Source: Octopus sinensis
Taxonomy: Eukaryota
DNA length: 21,767 nt
Assembly: GCF_006345805.1 (NCBI RefSeq)
Contig: NW_021823655.1
Span: 1-21,767, forward strand
Reading direction: 5' to 3'
The notes below the pieces were generated by a model that saw only the letters and a program-made list of their open reading frames with translations, searched no databases and was not told where the DNA came from. Below are positions 1 to 9,439 of this stretch, one piece after another. Position 1 is the first letter of the stretch, and every line of letters starts with the position of its first letter. The position numbers and the translations under genes are program-made.

Positions 1-340
1 AGAGGATTGTGCTTATTTAAATAGTCTTTAAAATTTACAAATTTTTAATTCAATTTGTGAAGAATTTATTTTATATAAGAGTTTATAATTTACCTTCAAA
101 TATTCAAAAGGAATTTTTTGAATGTTAAACTTTTACGAGTCAAAAAATTCATTTGAATCTGCATCAGGGGTCGGCAAATACTTTTGGAGAAGAGCCAATT
201 TTGAACATTTTTGGAAATTTTGAAAAATTGAAGAGCCACCTTCTACCACTTGTCAAAAATTTAAATTCATGAAATTAAATAGACATTAATTTAAAAAATA
301 ATTAAGAATTCATTTTAAAAAATTAAATTAATTAGACGCA

Positions 341-838
341 TTAATGAGAAATGTGATTCCTCATTTCTTTGGAGAGTTGGTTAATGTCTGGGTCGTAAGT
401 CGTTAATTTTAATATGAGGTTAGATTCGACCTCCAAATATTAAATTAATCTTCGACCTCCGAATCTTCAAAATTTAGATTCCAAATTCGAATCTGTAATT
501 TTGTTCCTTAATTTCGATTTTATATAATTCATATGAGAAAAACTTTGTTCACACATATAAGTGGACCCGAATATTGTCAAAATTCCGTATGCAAATTTTT
601 TTAATTCATAATAAGAATCTGGAAGATAATTCCAAGTTTCGAGAATCACATCTTCAAGTTTCTTTTGTATAACATTAATATCATTTTTAATTTTACCAGA
701 CAATGTTTCTGTTTCAAGTAATTCTGAAAGGCGAATAAATTTTGATGCCCATAATTCCTTACATGTCAAGTCCAATAGCTGAATTTCGAACTCAACTGCG
801 TTGATTTCAAATGGCAATAAATTTAAATTGCTGACTTT
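341..838 (-). pseudogene. hAT transposase C-terminal remnant (GTF2IRD2/EPM2AIP1-like, hATC dimerisation region)
   Basis: Translates as ...LKKFAYGILTIFGSTYMCEQSFSHMNYIKSKLRNKITDSNLES. After a small insertion it continues NLILKLTTYDPDINQLSKEMRNHISH*. The FGSTYxCEQxFS motif is typical of this hAT group. Confidence 0.85.
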
Positions 839-839
839 A

Positions 840-980
840 GCACGTAGAGGGTTTATAACGAACGATAGTGTTGTCGAGGGAGCGAGGGAGGTCTTCCAAA
901 AATAGGTTGAAGAGGGCCGGGGATAAGGGGGATCCCTGAGGTACTCCGAGGTATTGCTAGGCATATATCGATGTACCACA
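840..980 (-). pseudogene. Non-LTR retrotransposon reverse-transcriptase fragment embedded in the hAT
   Basis: GC-rich block. A frame not in the ORF track reads GVPQGSPLSPALFNLFLEDLP from 947 downward, matching the conserved QG-x-x-LSP RT motif. Confidence 0.85.
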
Positions 981-1492
981 AAAAATTAATGTTAAACGTG
1001 CAAAAATTTTTTGTTATTAAAAAAACAAAAAAAATAGTTAAAAAATGAAATCATTTATTAAAAAAATAGTTAAAAATTGAAAGAGCCTACCGTAAGAGTT
1101 AAAGAGCCTTCAAAGGCTCGCGAGCCTGCTTTTGCCGACCCCTGATCTGCATCATTAATTAAATTTTTTGTGAAATGATATCAAATATCAAAACATTGGA
1201 TTATATAAATATATTTTTTGTTTTTGTTTTCAAAAACATATTTTTGCAAACAGGATTTTCATCATGCTAAATTTAAAATCAGTTGATCGTACGAGACTAA
1301 ATATTAAAGATGATATTTGGATGTATCTTTAATTTTAATATTCAGAATTAGAAAAATTAGTTCTGATAAACAACACCATCCATTAATTGAATAATTTTTC
1401 CCTTATTTTTTTAAATTGATAAGAGGTACGGAAAATATTGTTTAGATACCAAGAAATAAACGAGGCAAAAATGTTTGAAAACTACTGGTTTA

Positions 1493-1822
1493 ATCTTAAT
1501 AATAAAATGGTATGGTGTGTGTCTGTCTGTCTGTCTGTCTGTGTGTACACACCAACTTCAAATTGGCAATACGATGTCCTCGACTTACATGATGAGGACC
1601 TTAAAACCTTCCCCCCGAAAAAATTAAAAAAAAAATTTCTGCATTTTGGTTAAAATGAACAACTACGATCTCCTCGACTTGCATGATGAGGTCCTTAAAA
1701 CCTTCCCCCCAAAAAAAAATTAAAAAAAAAATTTCTGCATTTTGGTTCAAATGAACAACTACAATGTCCTCGACTTACATGATGAGGTCCTTAAAACCTT
1801 CCCCCCAAAAAAAAATTAAAAA
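1493..1822 (+). repeat. Microsatellite plus ~94-bp tandem-repeat element, copy A (deleted derivative)
   Basis: (GTCT)5 at 1521-1540, followed by about 3 copies of the ~94-bp monomer (TCCTCGACTT anchor at about 1578, 1672 and 1767). It is the reverse-complement homologue of 9440-10526. Confidence 0.85.
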
Positions 1823-2617
1823 AAGTTAAAGAAGAGATATACTGTTAAAATTATTGACTTAAACTTTGAATTTTTAAAGTTTTAATTTTGATTTTCTAAA
1901 TTTTTTAGAATGCTAAAATCAAAAAAATAAAAAATTTCTCAAATAAATCAAAGAATTAGTTTTGAACTCACAAAAAATAAAGTCCATGTTATTACAAATT
2001 GAGAGAGATTATTAAGAAAATGCTTTACAATATTGCGTATTCTGCTTATATGAAAATCTCATTCAGAAACGTGACAAATAAATTGCATTTTAAGAGTTCA
2101 CGTGGACAACATGTGAAAAAGCTTAATTTGATCTAAAATAACGAGTCGTGTTTATTGCAGAACATTTCTGAGTTGTTATTAAATACTTGTCAGAATCATA
2201 TGTTGAATAATAATTTCACGACTGAAATTTTGGAGGTTTATATTGAAAAAATAAAAATAATTCAGTAATATTTTTATTTTAAGCCATTTTTTGGATATTT
2301 TTTCAGAAATATATTAATGCATTGTATTAAAAATTGAATACATTGCTTGATTGTAAAAATATCTCAGAACAAAAAATTTTGCAATTTGATTTGCATTTAC
2401 AAGAATATTTGAATATAAATCGTTATAATTAGGGCAATTTAAGTTAAAAAAGTTAAAATATATGAAAATGTGTATTTTGGCTTAAAAGTAAAAATAAAGT
2501 ATTTTTTAAATGAAATAGTTACTTATTAAAGAAAAAAATAAAGTTAAAAAGTTAAAAAAATTTTTTTATAAAGTTAAAAATTTTAACTTTATTTAAAATA
2601 GCGCGTGGGTGTTTAGT

Positions 2618-4079
2618 ATGCCAAGAACTGCAAAAACAATGTATTTTAAGGCAAAAAAAATTGTTATTGAATATCCGCTGGAGTTTTTATTACGAGAGAA
2701 TGGCGAGTTGCAATGTCAACTTTGCTTATGCACAGTCAGGTGTGAGAAAAAGCATTTTGTGAATTCTCACCGAGAATCGAAGAAGCACTCAAATTTATTA
2801 AGTTTTTACAAATTAATATAATTTTTAGAGAATAATTTCTATCAGCCTTGTTTGGACGAGTTACCCAATGATGACTGGTCAATGCAAGTCACTAAAGCAT
2901 TTATTCAATGCGATATACCCTTGCATAAATTGACTATGCCTCCTCTAAAGAATTTATTCAAGAATACTTCTTTGCCTCTTCCTTCCCAATACAAAGCAAG
3001 AATGTGCGTTAAACAATTGAAAACTGAATATATTGTATTATTTCAAGAAAAGTTTAGGTTTATGAATATATAATTTTTTAGAAATCAACTTGTATTCGCC
3101 ATAAGTGACGAGGTCACTATTCGTAGTCAAAAATTTGTTGCAGTTTTAATGGGGATACTTAAAAATCCCGATAAAACTTATTTGATTTCTTTCGTAAAAA
3201 TTGATAAAACTTCTACCAAAGAAACAATTATTCAAATTGTTGACGATACGATTAAATGCGTTTTAATTGAAAGACAAAATTTCCTTCTCCTAATAACAGA
3301 TTCCGCTAAATATATGCTAGCAGGTTTTAATTTAACATATAATTATAGCTGGAAAAGTTCTTAAGCTTTTATATCCAAGGTTATTTCACGTAACTTGTGT
3401 TGCTCATCTGATGCATAATTGTTCAATGAAAATCAGGACTATTTATCCTGAAATTGATTCTCTTATTGCATCAATTCAAGCGGCAATAACAAAAAATAAC
3501 AAGAGAAAACGACTATTTAATGAAATTGGAATTCCACCTCATGTAGTTTTAACTAGATGGGGTACTTGGCTAACTGCTGCATTTTATTATGCAAAAAATT
3601 TAATACATGTGATAAACATTTTCAAAACAATTCCTGATGATGGAATCATTGTTCAGGCTGCAAAAAATAGCCTAAGAGATGAATCTCTAGTAAAAAGCTT
3701 AAGTTCTATTGTTAGAAATTATTCGACAATTCCAGGTAAAACTAGTTTAATAATAGCAGAATTATTGTGCAAATTTGAAAGTTCTCACTCCTCAATAGAG
3801 TTAGCTTACAATGAGCTAAAGAATTTAAAATTTGACGACGAATCAGATATAATTGAAAAATATTTGAATGAACGATTACAAAAAAATGATTTATGTCAAA
3901 TTATAAGAATGACAAATTCATCAATTTCTCCTGAAGAATATTGTATGCTTTTAAAGTGTCAGCCTTCATCCTCTTCCATAGAACGATGCTTCTCTCAAAT
4001 TAAAAACTTTATGAGGGATAACAGAAATTTTAATATTGAAAATATAGAGAATTATGTTATATGTTTGTATAATAAATGA
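2618..4079 (+). CDS. hAT transposase with CGGBP1-like N-terminal zinc finger; introns 2802-2828, 3058-3081, 3324-3348 and a candidate at 3736-3756/3759; 461 aa (453-454 aa if the fourth intron is spliced)
   Basis: The spliced ORF is uninterrupted. It contains CQLC...H...H (zinc finger), AISDEVT (D), LITDSAKYMLAAGK (D), VTCVAH (CxxH), TRWGTW and SSIERCFS (E). 1462-76 = 1386 nt = 462 codons. Confidence 0.85.
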
Positions 4080-4348
4080 TTCTTAAGTTAAAATTTGTTA
4101 GGTTAAAATTTTTGTTTTATAGGTTAAAATTTGGTTATTTTTAGGTTAAAAAGTTAAAATTTTTAGGTTAAAAAATCGAAGTTTTTAGGTTAAAAAAAAA
4201 TTGCCCTAATAATAAATGATTCTTAAGTTAAAATTTGTTAGGTTAAAATTTTTGTTTTATAGGTTAAAATTTGGTTATTTTTAGGTTAAAAAGTTAAAAT
4301 TTTTAGGTTAAAAAATCGAAGTTTTTAGGTTAAAAAAAAATTGCCCTA
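4069..4348 (+). repeat. Exact 140-bp tandem duplication of the hAT right end, including the TIR
   Basis: 4069-4208 equals 4209-4348; both copies end in AAATTGCCCTA. Confidence 0.9.
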
Positions 4349-6410
4349 GTTATAATAAAAAAAGAAATGTCCATGGTTAAATTCAAAATCAGACCTTTTA
4401 AACTTTTCGATCCGAAAGATAGTTTTCGGAGGCAGGAAATGAATAAATTACTTCATTAAAATAAGTCACGATGAAAAGAAATGATTGTGCCTAATTAAAT
4501 ATTCGGATATTGTCTTTTGAAGAAGTAGATTATTCGGATATTGTTTTTATTTCACGACTGAAAATTTGGAGGTTTATATTGAAAAATAAAAATAATTCAA
4601 CAATATTTTTATTTTAAGCCATTTTTTGGATATTTTTTTCAAAAAGATATTAATACATTGTATTAAAAATTGAATACATTGCTAGATTGTAAATATCTCG
4701 GAACAAAAAATTTTGCAATTTGATTTGTATTTACAGAATATTTGAATATAAATCGTTATAATGAAAAAAGAAATGTCCATGATTAAATTCAAAATCAGAC
4801 CTATTGAACTTTTCGATCCGAAAGATAGTTTTCGGGTGGCAGGAAATGAATAAATTACTTCATTAAAATAAGTCACGATGAAAAGAAATGATTGTGCCTA
4901 ATAAAATATTCGGATATTGTCCTTTGAAGAAGTGGATAAAGGGAAATCAAATTGGATGTTCAAAAAGCCATAACTGGTGATCCTGAAAAATTTGTAACTT
5001 TCATACAACAAAAATATAAAAGACACTAATAATCATTAAGTAATGTTGTTAATGTAATACCACTCAAAAACATCAAAAATAAATTACCAAATTGTCTGAA
5101 AAATAAAATTGGGATGATCAAGTTTAAAAATGGGGATGATATGGATGCAATGAGAAACTTAGCATGCAACAGGGGAGGTTGGATAAGGATTATCAAAAAA
5201 ATCGTTTCAAGTGCCGCACGTGTGGAAATATAACTTTTATGTTTCTACGGCAGTTGCCGATAATAATAATAATAAATAAAATTATAAATAGATCAAATCA
5301 AGAATCGATTTGACAATTGGAATTTAAAAATTTGGTCATTAAAAATATTCATGGAAATGAATGAAAATAATAAATTTTCAAATTTAAAACAAAGGAATAA
5401 TACATATCACATTATGGTGAAAAAAACTCATAACCAACAATTTTTTAATTCATGGAAGGTTCTGAGCAAATATTAATATGCATCAAGTCCTTGAATCGAA
5501 ATAATAATAATTATGAATAAAAAATTAATATATGCAATAAAAGAACATACGAATCGCTGACGTAGTTAATTAAGCAATGTGAATTTATATAGTTTTAGGT
5601 TTACCATTTAATAGCCTAAACTCAATAATATAAATAAATATATAATTTAAGTTTTTTAAATGTGCGTGGAAGAATCATGCTGGTATAAACGAATGTAATA
5701 ATACTATTTTTATGGACTTGACTGTGAAAAGCCTCATTGAGTTGAGATGGTGAATGTGGCCAAAACTATGTCCGGAAGGATGCCCGTGGAAGACGACCTC
5801 TGATTGCTGAGAATTTCAATGTTCAATATTGAGATAATGTTTGAGGTCAAGGATAGCAGTTTGTGTCAATTACTACTACATCGTATTTAAACTCATTTGA
5901 AATATTCTAAAAAAATATCATCAAATAAAATGGTGCTAGCAAGCAATAAGGAAAAATAATAGTTGAGACGCGCATATATAGTAGTAACGTCGTAAAATTC
6001 TTACTTAAATGCACAACACTTTGTGGAATGGGTAAAGTGTATCCCAAAAAATAAAATGACGATTAACCCTTTTATAATAAATTAGCTTTCTGGAATTTCA
6101 ACAAAGTACGAAATGTTAATGATTTGATTACGAAATGTTAACTCAATTTTAGATTGCAGCAATGACAGTTTTCGATATAATGAACGGTTATTCCGAATAT
6201 TTGATTATATAATTCTTCCCCCAACATTTTATTAATTTCAGAGTCAATTGATACATTTCAAGATCAAATAACAATCGGAATACTCTGCATGGGCAAGACA
6301 CACTTCATTTTTATGTGAAAAACAGTTAATTTTAACTAATCGTATAACCAAAAAATGATTTTAGCCTGCAAAGCAGGCAAGAAAAATTATTCTAACGAAA
6401 ATGCGAATCC

Positions 6411-6914
6411 TCACTTGAAGAATTCACATAGGCTACAAGAACATAAACCTGAACTTTGCAAGGCGAGGTACGGTTTGTAAAAGAGACTAGTTCCCGTGCC
6501 ACATATTGACCCCTGTTTCCAGGGTATGTGACAACAGTTGTGGCCATCAACTACGTACGGACCCCCCTTTACCTTCGTTTCGTTGACCACCAGAATGTCC
6601 GCACTCGTAGTGGCCAACATCCTCTGAACGACGTCTCCTTTACCGGACAAGGACGCGCTTATATGTCCGAAACCCTGACACCGAAAGCATTTGGTTGTTT
6701 ATTTTATCGTAGGTAGAGTTGCGAAATGGTCTTTACTTATTTTTTTCTTGTGTGTTGGTTCGAGATAGTCTCCAATCTTGTGTGTGGAATTTAGTTGAAA
6801 AAATTTCCACGTTTTATTGACTATAGCTCCTGTGATTGCCGAAACAGTGAGAATCGCAATCTGTCTACCGGTTACGGCAAGACACCAATGCCGATGCAGC
6901 GCACGTACAGCCAA
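6411..6914 (-). pseudogene. Non-LTR retrotransposon remnant (gag zinc knuckle joined to AP-endonuclease N-terminus)
   Basis: One frame reads ...TKCFRCQGFGHISAS (CCHC knuckle lacking its last Cys) directly into LSGKGDVVQRMLATTSADILVVNETK...GTSLFYK (APE DILxxxET motif). There is one in-frame TAA at 6699-6701. Confidence 0.7.
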
Positions 6915-7490
6915 GTTTAACTACCACTCCCTCTCATGTCGTAACATCACAGATTCAAGACTAGATTATCTGTTAATATCTTAGAACTTTGATTTACTTC
7001 ACGTTGCGTGGCGGAAAATCTTTTGCAATATAAAAAATAAGTACGAAAATTTAAGGAAAATTATTATAACGGAAATAAGCCTGCAAAGCAGACACAAAAA
7101 TTAGCATGTAAAAAGGTAATTGGACCAAAGAAGGTAGGTTTGGTAGGCTCATGGAAAAAATTAAGTAATTCAATAACTGGAAGGATTTGTTAATGCTTTA
7201 AAAATATAGTTTTCAAATAATTTCCTTTTTACTATTTAAAATCTAAAGTAATTATATAGAGAAAATTTAACAAATAAAATATTATTTAGAAATTTTTAAT
7301 TAATACAATAATTTGAATTATTGAGGACACTACTACGTAAGATTGCTCCTTAAAATTAAAAATTTAATTTTTCGTTACATTTCAGGAAGTACTACATAAC
7401 GAATTGGAATAAAGTGACTGGAGTGATATATTTATTAAATTTGACAGTAAATTATTAGCCGCAGCCTCTATAGGACAAGTTTATAGAAAA

Positions 7491-8525
7491 CTAGCTCGGC
7501 AGCTCGCTTCGCTCACCGCGACCTAGCTCCTGCGGAGGGCCTGTTTCATCAAACAACTATAAGTTTATGTAGATGTATAAAACTACCTGGTTTAATGTAA
7601 CCCTATTCTATCGCCTGTTGATAAACGATGTTTGTCGTCCGTCCTTCCTTGGCATATATGAATAAATTTTCTCTTCTGCCTACCCTCGAGCATCCCACAT
7701 ACAGCTGTCCATGTGAAAAGCACTCACTCTCTAAAAATAACCCAACTACCTTTAATGACTGTCCCTGGGCCTTGTTTATTATCATCGCAAAACTCATCCT
7801 CAAAGGAAATTGCAGCCTTTTAAATCTAAATGGTAATTCATCAGAAATTATCGGAATTCGTGGAATATAAACATCCTCACCTCTATACTTACCTGTTAAT
7901 ATCGTCGCCTCTATTACGTTAGCCATTAAATTTTGATAACTAACCTCGTTCCGTTGCATAATTTAGGTGGCGCAAGATTTCGTAATAAAACCACTGGAAC
8001 GCCTATCTTTAATTTTAAATGATGATTCGGCATTCCAGAGGATCTAAGGAGTTTAAAAATTCAAACGGATATTCGCAGGCTCTTTCATGGTCCATAATAA
8101 CGTCTACCGATTTATATATTCTTTCTTCTCCAGGGATTTTGATTAATAAATCTAAATTTATATTAAGTACCTCATCATTTAGCGGAGCTAATATAGCCCG
8201 TTGAGGAAGCCAGTCGAAATTCCTGTAGTGTTCTGATAGTTCAGAATATACTGAACTGAATAATTCTTCTGCTGTATTCACATATATACATAATTCTTCC
8301 GGTAGACTGATTTTCTGATCCTGTATATCTGAAGTAATTGCCCCATTTTCAATATCTAAAAGGATATTTGGAAATATGCTATTGACGCCTTGTAAATGTG
8401 CACGTACATTTACATCTAAGCTTACCTTTTTGACGTGTGTCCACAGGTATGACGATTTGAGGCAGGCATTCAATTCATCCGCAGGCGTCCCTCTTTGAAT
8501 AATTGGCAGAGTTTGTCTAAAATCA
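7491..8525 (-). mobile_element. Helitron 3' fragment (Pif1-type helicase C-terminus and CTAG 3' end)
   Basis: Translates as DFRQTLP (motif III) ... RAILAPLN ... LLRNLAPPKLCNGTRL ... RLQFPLRMSFAMIINKAQGQSL ... FSHGQLYVGCSRV, with two frameshifts. The minus strand ends GC-rich imperfect hairpin-CTAG|T at 7491. Confidence 0.92.
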
Positions 8526-8560
8526 ATGTCAAGAAAATAAAAAACTGGGCTCTAACCCCG

Positions 8561-8695
8561 TAGGCGGAAATGCGGTAGGCGGAAATGCGGTAGGCGGAAA
8601 TGCGGCAGGCGAAGATGCGGCAGGCGGAAATGCGGCAGGCGAAGATGCGGCAGGCAGAAATGCGGCAGGCGAAGATGCGGCAGGCAGAGATGCGA
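8561..8695. repeat. 15-bp GC-rich minisatellite, 9 units (YAGGCGRARATGCGG)
   Basis: Units start every 15 bp from 8561 to 8681. Central variants GGAAA/AGAAA and GAAGA alternate from unit 3 to unit 8. Confidence 0.95.
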
Positions 8696-8766
8696 CACAC
8701 AAAAAAGATTTAATTAATTACCTTATTAAGCTGACCGTTTTTTCTTCAGCTTCGTTTTCCTTCTTT

Positions 8767-8973
8767 GGTTATCTATTTAAAAATTATTTTGAATAATAAA
8801 AAATATTAGGAAAAAAGAGGCATACAGAAAATAAATTCTATCTTTACGAAAAACTTCTTTTCTTAAGGTCGTCTTCCCTCCTTCGGTTATCTATTGAAAA
8901 AATTATTTTGAATAATAAAAAAGTTTAGGAAAAGAGGCATACAGAAAATAAATTCTAGCTTTACGAAAAACTT
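8767..8973. repeat. Imperfect direct repeat, about 90 bp of homology at a 118-bp period
   Basis: GGTTATCTATT...TACGAAAAACTT occurs at 8767-8856 and 8885-8973. Confidence 0.85.
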
Positions 8974-9018
8974 AACTAAATAGTTAATATTTTTACGCAA
9001 ATTCTTCTGATGGCGCTG

Positions 9019-9221
9019 TCAATTGGTGGTAAATTGTGTTAATGATTGTGCTAATGTGGTTTCAACTATCAAAGTGTTTTTCAAAATCTGTTAATTGCAC
9101 ACTCTATTCAAGGTCGTGCGTCAATTGGTGGTAAATTGTGTTAATGATTGTGCTAATGTGGTTTCAACTATCAAAGTGGTTTTTCAAAATCTGTTAATTG
9201 CACACTCTATTCAAAGTCGTG
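9019..9221. repeat. Near-perfect 102-bp tandem dimer
   Basis: TCAATTGGTGGTAAATTG...AAGTCGTGC starts at 9019 and again at 9121. Confidence 0.9.
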
Positions 9222-9439
9222 CAATCTGTAATTGCACATTCTGTCAAAGTCAAATATGATAATAGCTTTAATTTTGATTCATGTCGATAATGATAATGAT
9301 ATATGCATTTAATTTTAAAGAGAAAAACATAGGATGAATTGAATTTCTTTCTCGCGAATAATTAGGAGTTCATCAGTGTTAATATTCTCGCTGTCGTTTT
9401 CATCAAGGATATTCTTAATACGTGAGATTTTTGCCTCGA

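Larger units (their letters stand above)
165..1144 (-). mobile_element. Non-autonomous hAT DNA transposon (internal deletion derivative, 980 bp)
   Basis: Perfect 14-bp TIRs CAGGGGTCGGCAAA (165-178) and TTTGCCGACCCCTG (1131-1144). Perfect 8-bp TSD ATCTGCAT at 157-164 and 1145-1152. Carries a hAT transposase C-terminus. Confidence 0.95.
2430..4348 (+). mobile_element. Full-length, potentially autonomous hAT DNA transposon
   Basis: 11-bp TIRs TAGGGCAATTT (2430-2440) and AAATTGCCCTA (4338-4348). 8-bp TSD GTTATAAT at 2422-2429 and 4349-4356. Many subterminal A(A/G)GTTAAAA motifs at both ends. Confidence 0.95.
2213..4935. repeat. ~410-bp tandem duplication whose first unit is split by the hAT insertion
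   Basis: 2213-2429 matches about 4550-4762, and 4357-4540 matches about 4763-4935. Confidence 0.85.

Noticed and set aside
467-979. 170-aa ORF as a functional RT-hAT fusion protein
   Set aside because: The RT motif is in a different frame from this ORF, the start codon is GTG, and the transposase portion lacks the catalytic core.
2819-3073. Alternative genetic code (TAA read as an amino acid) to explain the same-frame TAA stops in the hAT
   Set aside because: Both stops lie inside GT-AG segments. LysRS exons contain no TAA or TAG and the gene ends in TAA. A code change would not fix the frameshift at 3324-3348.
5050-5830. Faint LINE-like peptides (MRNLACNRGGWIRII near 5150-5200; RRPLIAENFNV near 5790-5820)
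   Set aside because: The resemblance to RTE C-terminal and APE GDFN motifs is too short and degenerate to call without a profile search.
6363-7091. 14-bp direct repeat AGCCTGCAAAGCAG (6363-6376 and 7078-7091) as the TSD of the LINE remnant
   Set aside because: It does not abut recognisable element ends, and the remnant has no 3' tail. A single 14-mer match in 22 kb is weak evidence.
8470-8700. ORF with (CRISA/CRIFA)n repeats as a real protein
   Set aside because: It is simply the translation of the 15-bp minisatellite.
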